Assembly (NCBI GenBank): GCA_036679605.1
Contig: JAZDCZ010000386.1
Span: 96,001 to 160,000 of the forward strand
Reading direction: 5' to 3'
Length of the DNA: 64,000 nt
Origin: Gemmatimonadota bacterium
GTDB lineage: Bacteria > Gemmatimonadota > Gemmatimonadetes > Gemmatimonadales > GWC2-71-9
Shown here: positions 1 through 9,416 of the stretch, piece by piece
How positions within the stretch are numbered: position 1 is the stretch's first letter
Layout of the letters: every line of letters starts with the position of its first letter
The notes under the pieces: generated by a model
The model's input: only the letters and a program-made list of their open reading frames with translations
What the model was told of the DNA's origin: nothing
Database searches by the model: none
Made by a program: the position numbers and the translations under genes

Positions 1-870
1 GGCGAGAGCGTGGCGAGTGCCTATGCCTTGGAGGACGGTGACATAATGTCCCCGCTTATTCGCAACCTGGGCTCGATGCTGGTTCGAGGGGCCATGCCCA
101 TTGAGGTTCTCCGTCAGTATATGGCCAAGGCGACTAGCCCCGCTCGCGGGCGGGACGGCAACATCCACTTCAACGATCTCGAACTTGGATATCTGGGACA
201 GATCTCCCAGCTAGGTGACATGGTAGCAGTGATGGCGGGAGTGGCTCTGAGCTTCAAACTGCGGGGAGAGAGGCGGGTTGGCTTGGTGTACGTGGGTGAC
301 GGTGCTACCAGCACCGGTGCATTCCACGAAGGCTTGAATCTAGCCGCTGTCCAGCGGGCTCCGCTTGTGGTAATTGTCGAGAACAACGGGTACGCGTATT
401 CTACCCCTACCGTGAAACAGGCTGCTGTGGAACGTTTATCTACAAAGGCAAAGGCTTACGGGGTTGCGGCTGCTTCGGTAGATGGCAACGACGTGTTTGC
501 CGTGTATGAGGCTACAAAGAATGCGGTTCGGAACGCACGTGACGGTGGTGGAGTGACACTCATTGAGGTGGTAACCTATAGGCGGAAGGGGCACGCTCAG
601 CACGACAACCAGAGCTACCAACCGAAAGATGAGATAGCCTTGTGGGAGAGCCGGGATCCTATCGACCGTTACACTCGGCGTGTCCGTGATGAGGGCTGGC
701 TTTCACAGAGTGAGCTGAGGGAGGTCGAGGCAAGAGTGAGCACAGAACTCGATGCAGCCGTTGCGGAATGCGAGAACGATCAACTTCCCGCCGGCGATAC
801 TGCGCTTGCTAACGTGCTGGTCGATCCGGACTCTGCCTGCCGTCTTTGGTTTAGGGGGTTGGATGCCTGA
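1..870 (+). CDS. 2-oxoacid (pyruvate/branched-chain) dehydrogenase E1 alpha subunit, 5' partial
   Basis: ThDP motif GDGATSTG...ENN and YRRKGHAQHD loop; frame open from base 1; followed by E1 beta and E2. Confidence 0.9.
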   Translation, partial: GESVASAYALEDGDIMSPLIRNLGSMLVRGAMPIEVLRQYMAKATSPARGRDGNIHFNDLELGYLGQISQLGDMVAVMAGVALSFKLRGERRVGLVYVGDGATSTGAFHEGLNLAAVQRAPLVVIVENNGYAYSTPTVKQAAVERLSTKAKAYGVAAASVDGNDVFAVYEATKNAVRNARDGGGVTLIEVVTYRRKGHAQHDNQSYQPKDEIALWESRDPIDRYTRRVRDEGWLSQSELREVEARVSTELDAAVAECENDQLPAGDTALANVLVDPDSACRLWFRGLDA

Positions 871-1843
871 GATCACCTACCTAGAGGCCATACGTCAGGG
901 TTTGTCGGAGGAGATGCAACGCGACGAGAATGTGTTCATTATAGGTGAGGATGTGGGTGCCTACGGAGGTGCGTTCAAAGTAACCGATGGCTTGCTCGAC
1001 CGCTTTGGACCCAACCGTGTCATCGATACCCCGATTAGTGAAACGGCGATTGTGGGCGCCGCCGCCGGAGCTGCCCACATGGGCATGCGGCCGGTTGCAG
1101 AGATGCAGTTCATCGACTTCATCTCGTGCGCGTACGACATTCTCACAAACTATGTGGCAACTGCACGCTACCGCGCAGGGCTCTCAACTCCCATTGTGGT
1201 TCGGGGTCCATCGGGTGGATACGTCCGCGGTGGCCCTTTTCACTCGCAGAATCCGGAGGCTGCGTTTTTCCACACACCAGGGCTCAAGCTCGTCTGTCCG
1301 GCAACGGCGCGTGATGCCAAGGGCCTTATTAAATCGGCGATTCGGGACGACGATCCAGTCATCTACTTCGAGCACAAGTATCTCTATAGGCGAATCAAGG
1401 AGGACCTACCTGATGACGAGGAGATCATCACACCCATTGGAAAGGCACAGATCAGACGCAGCGGGAGCGATCTAACGATCATTACCTGGTCGGCCATGGT
1501 GTGGAAATCGTTGGAAGCCGCCGAACGGATCGAAGTGGAGGATGGAGCTTCGGTGGAGGTGATTGATCTGCGCACGCTCGTTCCCATGGATGACGAAACG
1601 TTGCTCGAGTCGGTCAGGCGGACGAACAAGGTACTCGTTGTGCACGAGGATACGCGCACCGGTGGTGTGGCAGGAGAGATCATGGCGCGTATCAACGAGG
1701 CAGCTTTCGAGTGGCTCGATGGACCGGTGATACGAGTGACGGCCCACGACACTCCAATTCCGTATGCGCCCTCGCTGGAGGATTTCGTGTTGCCGCAGAC
1801 CGATGATGTTGTGCGAGCGGCTAGGTGGCTTCTGGCCTACTGA
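863..1843 (+). CDS. 2-oxoacid dehydrogenase E1 beta subunit
   Basis: GEDVGAYGGAF, DTPISETAIVG, EMQFIDF, HSQ motifs; start moved to ATG 863 (MPEITYLEAI), overlapping the E1a stop. Confidence 0.93.
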   Translation: MPEITYLEAIRQGLSEEMQRDENVFIIGEDVGAYGGAFKVTDGLLDRFGPNRVIDTPISETAIVGAAAGAAHMGMRPVAEMQFIDFISCAYDILTNYVATARYRAGLSTPIVVRGPSGGYVRGGPFHSQNPEAAFFHTPGLKLVCPATARDAKGLIKSAIRDDDPVIYFEHKYLYRRIKEDLPDDEEIITPIGKAQIRRSGSDLTIITWSAMVWKSLEAAERIEVEDGASVEVIDLRTLVPMDDETLLESVRRTNKVLVVHEDTRTGGVAGEIMARINEAAFEWLDGPVIRVTAHDTPIPYAPSLEDFVLPQTDDVVRAARWLLAY

Positions 1844-2286
1844 CGGGCGGTGCGACGCCAGGGTATGGGACCAAAGACAACCGTCGGTACGGCTTCTGAG
1901 CGGCTGAGCCCGAGAATGTTACGCCGGACTGCAGACACAGAGTATGCGTTTCGCAACACGAAGCACCAGGCATGCTCCCCCCATACGCTTCGACGAAAGA
2001 CCGTGCGATTGCCGGTGCGTTGTATCGCAACGGAAGCAGCCCGCCGTATTTTCATAATTATTGCCTTCCGAGACAGCGAAGCAGGTGCTCTCGCCAAGAG
2101 CCGGAGCCTTGATTGCGTGAGGGACACTTCGTCGATCTGCCAACCCGGATTTGCGCACGCTTTACCGATCAGGCGCTCGCAGAATCGGGCGGTTGCGGGT
2201 ATCTTCAACTGTTCACAGTCTGGTGCGATGGTACAAATGATGTGGCACCATTTTTTGGTGACCGTTGCATGGACGTGGTGTTTCAT
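1837..2286 (-). CDS. IS200/IS605 TnpA (Y1 HUH)-fold protein lacking catalytic residues
   Basis: 149 aa with TnpA-like residue pattern (CHII; LIGKAC..GWQIDEV; LL..P..LS; W before the last strand), but SRLRLL where DHVHLL is expected and RRNI where xxYI is expected. Confidence 0.6.
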   Translation of the reverse strand: MKHHVHATVTKKWCHIICTIAPDCEQLKIPATARFCERLIGKACANPGWQIDEVSLTQSRLRLLARAPASLSRKAIIMKIRRAASVAIQRTGNRTVFRRSVWGEHAWCFVLRNAYSVSAVRRNILGLSRSEAVPTVVFGPIPWRRTARQ

Positions 2287-2392
2287 GCGGCAAAGATGTA
2301 TGCCGCAGTGCCACTAGGCATACCCAAATTTACGCAGCTAATGACACAATTTTTCCGTAAGCCGGGGCGACGGCACTTCAGGGAGACCGTGC

Positions 2393-3745
2393 ATGTCTAG
2401 GGTAGATGTGGTAATGCCACAAATGGGAGAGTCAATTGCCGAGGGCACTGTCTCACAGTGGCTCAAGAAGGTTGGCGATGAGGTCAAGCGTGATGAGGCC
2501 ATCCTAGAGATCTCGACGGACAAGGTTGACGCTGAGATTCCGTCTCCCGTAGGCGGCGTCCTGGCTGAGATAAAGGTTGAAGCAGGTGCGACCGTGGAAG
2601 TCCAAACGGTCATCGCCGTGATCGAGACCGAGAAGGGTGCGGCCGTTGCGTCCCCCACACTCGAGAAGTCCGCGGACGACTCTGTCGCAGTAACACCGGC
2701 ACCGGTGGCGGCAGCTCCGGGCGGTTTGGTAGACCCGACTCCAACGCCTGCCGTTGAGCCTCATACACCGGCCGGTGACGGTGGTAGTGAAACGGCCGAA
2801 GATCGACTGAGACGCAGGTCGACCCCGTTGGTGCGCAAGATCGCGGCCGAGCACCAGGTGGAGATTGAGACAATAGAGGGAACGGGCCACGGCGGCCGTG
2901 TGACAAAAAAGGACATCATGTTGTTCCTGGAGGGCCGCGCATCTGCAGTGCCGGCTGCTGTTGTCCAGAGTTCGCCGGGGCGTGCTGGGATACCGCGTGA
3001 AGATCGCGGAGAGATCGTGCACCCGACCGTAGAACCCTGGCCGGGCGACCGAGTTGAGCCGATGACCAGGATTCGGAAACTCACCGCCGATCACATGGTG
3101 TTGTCTCGTCGCGTATCGGCGCACGTGACCAGCTTCTATGAGGTCGATTTCTCGGCCATCGCCCAGATCAGGCAGGACAAGAAGGATGACTACTTGCAGC
3201 GTGGTGCCAGGCTCACGTTCTTGGCGTTCATTGTGAACGTTTTGTCGAGCAATCTTCGGAAACACGCGATCCTCAACGCCTCGGTCAGCGGCGACAATAT
3301 TATCTATCGGCAACCGATCAACATTGGAATCGCTGTGGCGCTTGACTGGGGTTTGATCGTTCCTGTTCTGAAGAACGCCGACGATCTGTCACTCATAGGG
3401 ATCGCCAAGCGAATGGCCGACCTGGGCGAGCGAGCGCGAAGCAAGCGTCTCAGCCCGGACGAGGTCCAGCAGGGAACGTTCACGATCACTAATCCGGGAG
3501 GATTCGGTTCGTATATCGGTGCTCCGATCATAAGCCAGCCACAGGTCGCGATCATGGGCGTCGGGGCGATAGAGAAGAGACCTAAGGTCATTACACTGGC
3601 TGACGGCCAAGATGTCATTGCCATTCGTACGATGGGAATGCTTTCGCTTTCCTACGATCACCGTGTGGTAGACGGGGCCGATGCCGACAGATTCATGGCG
3701 GATGTAAAGAGCGACCTCGAGCAGTTCACGGCTAGTGCGGTATAG
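2393..3745 (+). CDS. dihydrolipoamide acyltransferase E2
   Basis: Lipoyl STDKVDAEIPSP, subunit-binding domain TPLVRKIAAEH...GTGHGGRVTKKD, catalytic DHRVVDG. Confidence 0.93.
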   Translation: MSRVDVVMPQMGESIAEGTVSQWLKKVGDEVKRDEAILEISTDKVDAEIPSPVGGVLAEIKVEAGATVEVQTVIAVIETEKGAAVASPTLEKSADDSVAVTPAPVAAAPGGLVDPTPTPAVEPHTPAGDGGSETAEDRLRRRSTPLVRKIAAEHQVEIETIEGTGHGGRVTKKDIMLFLEGRASAVPAAVVQSSPGRAGIPREDRGEIVHPTVEPWPGDRVEPMTRIRKLTADHMVLSRRVSAHVTSFYEVDFSAIAQIRQDKKDDYLQRGARLTFLAFIVNVLSSNLRKHAILNASVSGDNIIYRQPINIGIAVALDWGLIVPVLKNADDLSLIGIAKRMADLGERARSKRLSPDEVQQGTFTITNPGGFGSYIGAPIISQPQVAIMGVGAIEKRPKVITLADGQDVIAIRTMGMLSLSYDHRVVDGADADRFMADVKSDLEQFTASAV

Positions 3746-3748
3746 GCC

Positions 3749-4024
3749 GTGGCGCGCCGTACGATCGACGTCAATGGTGAGCGCTGGGCTATCTATCCAT
3801 CCGGTCGCGTAACCGTATACAACCGAGACGAATTTGCCCTCATGTTTGAAAAGGGAACCGGGCCGGATAGAGTGTGTCGTGTAACGCGGTTCTCACCTCA
3901 GGGTATGCGCCGTCGTGATGCGGCCCTTTCGGAGCTGTCCGATTCGCAGCTACTGGACTTGTTTCGAACGTCGCAGATAGCTCGCACCAGTCCGGAGGCC
4001 GGCTACCGCCGCCGGACCAACTAG
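3749..4024 (+). CDS. small hypothetical protein
   Basis: 91-aa ORF exactly filling the gap between E2 and PHP (3 and 2 nt spacing). Confidence 0.7.
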   Translation: MARRTIDVNGERWAIYPSGRVTVYNRDEFALMFEKGTGPDRVCRVTRFSPQGMRRRDAALSELSDSQLLDLFRTSQIARTSPEAGYRRRTN

Positions 4025-4026
4025 CT

Positions 4027-4893
4027 GTGCCCAAAATAGATCTGCACCTTCATTCAACCGCTTCAGACGGGTCGTGTACGCCTGCCGAGGTGGTCCGACA
4101 GTCCATGGTGTGTGGCTTGACCGCAATCGCTCTTACCGATCACGACACGCTGGGTGGTGTGCCGGAAGCGGTTTCGGCCGCTAGGGACTGCGATCTGCGT
4201 GTCCTAGCCGGATGCGAGTTCAGTGCCTCCTCCACGTGGGGTGAGGTCCACATCCTGGCATATTTCCTCCCGCTCGACGACCCATCCCTGAATTCTTTTA
4301 TCACGTTGCAGCAGGATCGACGACTCGCGCGCGCGAAGTCCATGGTGGACCGGCTCAATCGGCTGGGAGTCGCTATTGGACTCGACGACGTTCTCGAGGT
4401 GGCAAAGGGGGGTGTGCTAGGACGCCCGCACGTGGCGCGCACTTTGGTGAAGCGCGGTGCGGTGAAGGATGTTCAGGCAGCGTTCCGCAGATACCTGGGT
4501 GCCGACCTGCCGGCCTACGTCCCCAAAGAGTTACCGACTCTGGCTGAGGTTGCCTCGGTGGTGAGACTTACGGGAGGTACTACGTCGGCCGCCCATCTGA
4601 GGGAGTTGGCCTTGGATCCAGATGTACTCGATGAGTTGGTTGATGCGGGAGTGGATGCAGTAGAGGTGATGCATCCCTCCCACCATGAGAGACAGTTCGC
4701 AGCGATCGAGGCGGCGGCGCGGCGGGTCGGGTTGCTGGCCACGGGAGGATCGGATTGGCACGGTGAGGAATCCGGCGGGCCGAGTCGAGCGGTCCCGGGA
4801 TCTCTTAACGTGCCGCCGGTCTGGCTGGGTCAGATAGAAGCGCTCCATCGCCAGCGATCCGTAATGGAACCAGCCGCAGAGGGGGGTCGTTAA
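4027..4893 (+). CDS. PHP-domain metal-dependent phosphoesterase (TrpH/YciV-like)
   Basis: HLHSTASDG, TDHDT, GRPHVA, GGSDWHG. Confidence 0.9.
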   Translation: MPKIDLHLHSTASDGSCTPAEVVRQSMVCGLTAIALTDHDTLGGVPEAVSAARDCDLRVLAGCEFSASSTWGEVHILAYFLPLDDPSLNSFITLQQDRRLARAKSMVDRLNRLGVAIGLDDVLEVAKGGVLGRPHVARTLVKRGAVKDVQAAFRRYLGADLPAYVPKELPTLAEVASVVRLTGGTTSAAHLRELALDPDVLDELVDAGVDAVEVMHPSHHERQFAAIEAAARRVGLLATGGSDWHGEESGGPSRAVPGSLNVPPVWLGQIEALHRQRSVMEPAAEGGR

Positions 4894-5004
4894 TAGTGGT
4901 GGAGTTATCGTTAATGAGAAATTGAGAACCTCGGGGTATTGCGCATCATTCTTGTGCAGCGAAGTGATGGGGAATAGCCCGGCCGTCAGGAATTGAGGAT
5001 AGAA

Positions 5005-5976
5005 GTGACGAACGACAGAAGTAGCGGACTGCGATATGATGTAGTTGTCATCGGTGGAGGGCCGGCCGGACTGTGTGCGGCCATGTACGCCGCACGGGGC
5101 ACACTCAAGTGCGTGCTAATCGAGCGTGGATTGCCGGGAGGCGAACTGCTCAATACGGAACTCATCGAGGATTACATCGGCTTTGAGAGCATCTTGGGAC
5201 GCGACCTTGCGGAGAAGATGACCAACCACGCGCTCAAGTTCGGCGCCGAGATTGTTACCGACACGGTCGAGACGATTGAGAAGACGCCGGATGGGGAATT
5301 TGAGGTGAGGACTGCTTTGGGAAAGACCTATAACGCCCCGTCTGTGATCCTTACAGCGGGTGGTACTCCCACCAAGTTGGATGTGCCCGGCGAAATAGAG
5401 TATGCCGGAAAAGGCGTATCGTACTGCGCAGTGTGTGACGGCGCGTTTTTCAAAGAAGAGACCATTGCGGTGATTGGTGGCGGTGACGCCGCAACTGAAG
5501 AGGCGGACTATCTAACGCGCTTTGCGAAGAAAGTGTACGTCATTCATCGGCGAGATAAGTTCCGCGCGACTCAGATTCTGCAGGACCGGGTGTTTGCGAA
5601 CCCGAAGATCGAAGTGGTGTGGAACAAAGTTGTCGAGGAACTCACCGGCGACGAAAGTGGAATGAAGAGTCTTTCATTGAAGGACACTGTCACCGGAGAA
5701 ACTTCCACACTCGATGTGACGGGTGCGTTCATCTTTATTGGATTTCGCCCCAACACAGATCTAGTAAAGGGACATTTCGATCACGATGCCGGTGGCTACA
5801 TCATAACCGACAGCAACATGATGATGTCAATCGAAGGACTCTTTGCTGCTGGTGACCTGCGCCAGCAACTGGTAAGGCAGATCACCACGGCAGTCGGAGA
5901 TGGCACAACAGCTGCCATCGCGGTCGAGAAATACCTGGCGGATCGGAAGGATAAGGCCGTCGTTGGCGCCGGTTGA
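5005..5976 (+). CDS. trxB: thioredoxin reductase
   Basis: GGGPAG, CAVCDG, GGGDAA, HRRDKFRA; GTG 5005 follows GAGGA. Confidence 0.95.
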   Translation: MTNDRSSGLRYDVVVIGGGPAGLCAAMYAARGTLKCVLIERGLPGGELLNTELIEDYIGFESILGRDLAEKMTNHALKFGAEIVTDTVETIEKTPDGEFEVRTALGKTYNAPSVILTAGGTPTKLDVPGEIEYAGKGVSYCAVCDGAFFKEETIAVIGGGDAATEEADYLTRFAKKVYVIHRRDKFRATQILQDRVFANPKIEVVWNKVVEELTGDESGMKSLSLKDTVTGETSTLDVTGAFIFIGFRPNTDLVKGHFDHDAGGYIITDSNMMMSIEGLFAAGDLRQQLVRQITTAVGDGTTAAIAVEKYLADRKDKAVVGAG

Positions 5977-6601
5977 GGTCATCTGTCTCACCAACGGTGC
6001 GTTTCAGGAAAACTGCTACATCGTCATCGATCGTGAGACCAAAGAGTCGGTTGTAGTCGATCCAGGAGAAGACTCAGAACTCTTCCTCCGACGGATAAAC
6101 TACGAAGGTGTTCATGTTGAGGCTGTATGGCTGACGCACGCGCATCTGGATCATATCCTCGGCGTCAAGCACGTCGTAGAGCAGACCGGCGCTCCGATAT
6201 ACCTGCACCCCGACGACCGCTCGCTTTACGACAGCATCCAGGAGCAGGCTTCGTGGCTCGGCTTACAGGCAGATGAGCAGCCACAGCCCGGTCATGAACT
6301 CGCTCATGGAGGTCAAGTGGCAGTGGGCGAGTCCACATTTGAGGTGAGGCACGTTCCGGGGCATAGCCCCGGCGGTGTTGCGTTCGTGGGGTACGGATTG
6401 GCTATCGTGGGAGACGCGATTTTCGACGGTTCGATCGGACGTACTGATCTGCCGGGCGGGGATTCGGAAACTCTTCTGACCAGCATCCGAGAGCAACTAC
6501 TGGTTCTTCCCGACGAGACGCTCGTCTACCCCGGACACGGCCCGGCGACGACGATAGGAAAGGAACGCAAATCCAACCCGTTCTTGTCCGGTGGTTCTTA
6601 G
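5963..6601 (+). CDS. MBL-fold metallo-hydrolase (glyoxalase II-like)
   Basis: THAHLDH, PGHSPG, GD, GRTDLPGG, PGHG; start approximate. Confidence 0.9.
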   Translation: MAPVEVICLTNGAFQENCYIVIDRETKESVVVDPGEDSELFLRRINYEGVHVEAVWLTHAHLDHILGVKHVVEQTGAPIYLHPDDRSLYDSIQEQASWLGLQADEQPQPGHELAHGGQVAVGESTFEVRHVPGHSPGGVAFVGYGLAIVGDAIFDGSIGRTDLPGGDSETLLTSIREQLLVLPDETLVYPGHGPATTIGKERKSNPFLSGGS

Positions 6602-6621
6602 AATTGTCTAGGGACCGCGAG

Positions 6622-6705
6622 TGCCGAAGGGGGGACTCGAACCCCCATGGGCATTTGCCCACTGCGCCCTGAACGCAGCGCGTCTACCAATTCCACCACT
6701 TCGGC
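6622..6705 (-). tRNA. tRNA-Leu (anticodon CAG)
   Basis: Reverse complement GCCGAAGTGGTGGAATTGGTAGACGCGCTGCGTTCAGGGCGCAG...GGTTCGAGTCCCCCCTTCGGCA; long variable arm; CCA not encoded. Confidence 0.97.
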
Positions 6706-6727
6706 CGGAACTTCCGAACAAGTGCCG

Positions 6728-6757
6728 AATATAGACGGGCTGTCAAAGCCGCGTCAA
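6728..6757 (-). promoter_or_regulatory. putative sigma70 promoter for tRNA-Leu
   Basis: TTGACG-N18-TATATT on the minus strand. Confidence 0.5.
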
Positions 6758-6765
6758 GCCTTCGC

Positions 6766-6794
6766 TTGACCGCCCGGAAATGGTTTTCTATCTT
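6766..6794 (+). promoter_or_regulatory. putative sigma70 promoter for smpB operon
   Basis: TTGACC-N17-TATCTT. Confidence 0.65.
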
Positions 6795-6805
6795 GAACTT
6801 AGCTC

Positions 6806-7285
6806 GTGTCGCAGCAAACTAGACCGGAGAACTCGCGTGGCCGCGTAGTGGCCAGTAACCGGAAGGCCCGGCACGACTATCATATCGAGGAAACCTGGGA
6901 GGCTGGATTGATACTCACAGGATCCGAGATCAAGTCCGTCCGGGCTGGGAAGGTGAGTCTCAAGGGTGCCTACGGCATAATACGCCAAGGCCAGATCTGG
7001 TTGGAAGGTGTGAATATCGCTGCATATGAATCTGGTGGTTATACGAACCACGATCCGGTCCGATCCCGTAAGCTCCTGATGCACCGATCCGAAATCCGGC
7101 GACTCATTGGCTCGCTGGAGCGTCGAGGGCTCACCTTGATTCCCCTAGATATGCATCTCTCACATGGTTGGGCGAAGGTGACGTTGGGCCTTGGTCGAGG
7201 AAAAAAACTTCACGACAAGCGTGAGGATGTGAAGCGCCGCGACGCCGAGAGAGAAGCTGCGCGTGAAATGGGTCGCCGCCGATGA
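6806..7285 (+). CDS. smpB: SsrA-binding protein
   Basis: NRKARHDY, EAGLILTGSEIKSVR, RKLLMH, GKKLHDKRE. Confidence 0.97.
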   Translation: MSQQTRPENSRGRVVASNRKARHDYHIEETWEAGLILTGSEIKSVRAGKVSLKGAYGIIRQGQIWLEGVNIAAYESGGYTNHDPVRSRKLLMHRSEIRRLIGSLERRGLTLIPLDMHLSHGWAKVTLGLGRGKKLHDKREDVKRRDAEREAAREMGRRR

Positions 7286-8538
7286 AGGCTATGCTAGGCG
7301 CGGCGGTTCTATTTGCCGGGATCTTGAGTGAAACCGGAGGAGCGCCCGCCCCCGCCCCCGCCCCCACTTCCATAGTGATCGCGACTGCCCGGGGGCAGGC
7401 CACGGTTGCCGTATTGAGGGAACGGGGGCATCCGGCGCTGGCGGCACCCATACTTGCCACCCTATTACCGATCAGCACAAGAGTCGAGGGCGATTGGGCA
7501 ATCGTAGAGTTTGCCCAGCAGCCGTTTCGTTTTCCCGTCGATGTTCCTGCTGTGCTATTTCGTGGTCGTGTCATACCTCTGGTGGGTGGAGCCTACTCGC
7601 TGCGCGACACGGTTTTTGTGCCGCTGCAATGGCTCACTGAGTTTGTCCCCCGCATCTTTCACGAAGGATACCGGTACGATCGTGACGCGGCGCGCTTCGA
7701 AGAGGCGCGAATCGCTCGAATAGACCCGACGACCGAAGCCTTACCGGAACCAGCATACAGGATGGCCGCACGAGGCAGTGAGGCGGCCAAGCATGGCTTC
7801 AGGATGCAGCACATGGTCGTGGTCGATGCGGGGCACGGCGGGCGCGACCACGGTAATCCTGGACGATTCCTGCCGCGTGGTGTTCAAGAGAAACACGTGA
7901 CTCTAGCCATTGCAAAACAAGTGCGGGATGAACTGCAAGGGCAGGGCATAGTGGTCACCATGACCCGAAGCAGGGACAAGTCCATCAATCTGTTCGACCG
8001 GGCGCCAACGTGTAACCATGAGTGTGACCTCTTCGTAAGCATCCACGTCAACAGCCTGAAGCGTGGGCCCGGATACGATCGGGTGAGTGGTGTGGAAACT
8101 TATTTTCTGAGCGAAGGGCGCACTGCCGAAGCCAATCGTGTGGCAGCAATGGAGAACGATGCGCTCCGCTATGAAACGGGCAGTTCCGTCGATGCCGGCG
8201 ATCCGCTGTCCTTCATATTAAAGGACCTTCACACCAATGAATATCTCCGTGAATCCGCTCTTCTCGCGGACTTCGTGCAAGAGCAGGCGGCCAAAGTGCA
8301 TCCTGGCAAGAATCGTGGGGTCTCCCAGGCACGACTAGCGGTGCTGGGGGCCGCGCTGCGACCTGCGATATTGGTCGAGACCGGCTTTGCAACCAATCGG
8401 CGGGACGCTCAATATCTAGTCTCGGCAGCCGGTCAGCGTAAGTTGGCGAAGGCCATCGCTTCTGGTGTCGCAACTTACTTGCGGCAATACGAGGACAAAC
8501 TGCTGGCTGGTGCCGGACAGAACGGGCCACGCCGGTGA
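7282..8538 (+). CDS. N-acetylmuramoyl-L-alanine amidase (Amidase_3) with signal peptide
   Basis: DAGHGG, EK, SIHVN, LVETGF zinc/catalytic motifs. Confidence 0.9.
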   Translation: MKAMLGAAVLFAGILSETGGAPAPAPAPTSIVIATARGQATVAVLRERGHPALAAPILATLLPISTRVEGDWAIVEFAQQPFRFPVDVPAVLFRGRVIPLVGGAYSLRDTVFVPLQWLTEFVPRIFHEGYRYDRDAARFEEARIARIDPTTEALPEPAYRMAARGSEAAKHGFRMQHMVVVDAGHGGRDHGNPGRFLPRGVQEKHVTLAIAKQVRDELQGQGIVVTMTRSRDKSINLFDRAPTCNHECDLFVSIHVNSLKRGPGYDRVSGVETYFLSEGRTAEANRVAAMENDALRYETGSSVDAGDPLSFILKDLHTNEYLRESALLADFVQEQAAKVHPGKNRGVSQARLAVLGAALRPAILVETGFATNRRDAQYLVSAAGQRKLAKAIASGVATYLRQYEDKLLAGAGQNGPRR

Positions 8539-9416
8539 TCCTAGCGGGTACGATCTCCGTTTTTGGTACCAGCTTCCAGAATCCAATCTTGCTTGCCGCC
8601 GGCACGGCGGGGTTCGGACGTGAATTGGCTGGGGTAACCGACCTGGACCGGTTGGGCGGGTTAGTGACAAAAGCGGTCAGCTTGGAACCGCGTGCAGGCC
8701 ACGCTCCACCTCGGGTCGCGGAGTTCTCCGGCGGAATGCTGAACGCGGTGGGTCTTGCGAATCCGGGTGTGGACTACGTGGCCGAGACAGCTCTGCCGTG
8801 GCTGGCGGAACATCTCACGTGCGCCAAGGTGTTGATCAACGTGGTGGGGGACTCGGTAACGGATTTTGGTATGGTGGTCCGGAAACTCGAGGGCCAGGAG
8901 ATCGTGACCGCGTTCGAGTTGAATGTCTCGTGCCCCAACACTAACGGCGGTGGCGACGAGTTTGCGGCGAACGAAGGCATCTTGTCGGAGTTGGTTTCCC
9001 GGTGTCGCGGCGAGACCTCCAAGCCGTTGGTGGTGAAGTTGGCCCCGACGCTGACGGATCTAGCGCGGACCGCTGCCGCTGCTGCGAACGCTGGCGCAGA
9101 CGGTTTCACGTTGGTCAACACGTTACCCGGAACGCTTTTTCGCACTGAGCACGAGGGAGGCGATGGAGAGAGTCGATTGGGATTTGGGCGGGGGGGGGTG
9201 AGCGGGCCTGCGTTGCTACCGGTAGGAGTCCTTGCCACCAGCACGGTCAGCAAGCAGATTGGGCTTCCTGTTATTGGGTTGGGCGGCATCCGGTCGTTGG
9301 GCGATGTGGACCAGTATCTGGCTGCAGGGGCATCGCTGGTTGCGGTTGGTACGGCTGCATTGTGCGACCCACGCCTGCCGGAACGGCTTGCCTCTGGTTG
9401 GAGCGCCCGTGGCTGA
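8535..9416 (+). CDS. pyrD: dihydroorotate dehydrogenase, class 1B catalytic subunit
   Basis: NAVGLANPG, ELNVSCPN, VKLAP, GGVSG. Confidence 0.92.
   Translation: MILAGTISVFGTSFQNPILLAAGTAGFGRELAGVTDLDRLGGLVTKAVSLEPRAGHAPPRVAEFSGGMLNAVGLANPGVDYVAETALPWLAEHLTCAKVLINVVGDSVTDFGMVVRKLEGQEIVTAFELNVSCPNTNGGGDEFAANEGILSELVSRCRGETSKPLVVKLAPTLTDLARTAAAAANAGADGFTLVNTLPGTLFRTEHEGGDGESRLGFGRGGVSGPALLPVGVLATSTVSKQIGLPVIGLGGIRSLGDVDQYLAAGASLVAVGTAALCDPRLPERLASGWSARG

Noticed and set aside
1850..2317. 155-aa plus-strand ORF in the E1b-E2 gap
   Set aside because: No recognisable motifs; it is the antisense shadow of the TnpA-like ORF, which has a coherent family pattern
1837..2392. Active IS200/IS605 element
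   Set aside because: No HUH or catalytic Tyr, no tnpB, no convincing subterminal hairpins
6600..6720. tRNA-Leu as an integration site
   Set aside because: No integrase nearby, no duplicated tRNA 3' end noticed, and both flanks are housekeeping genes
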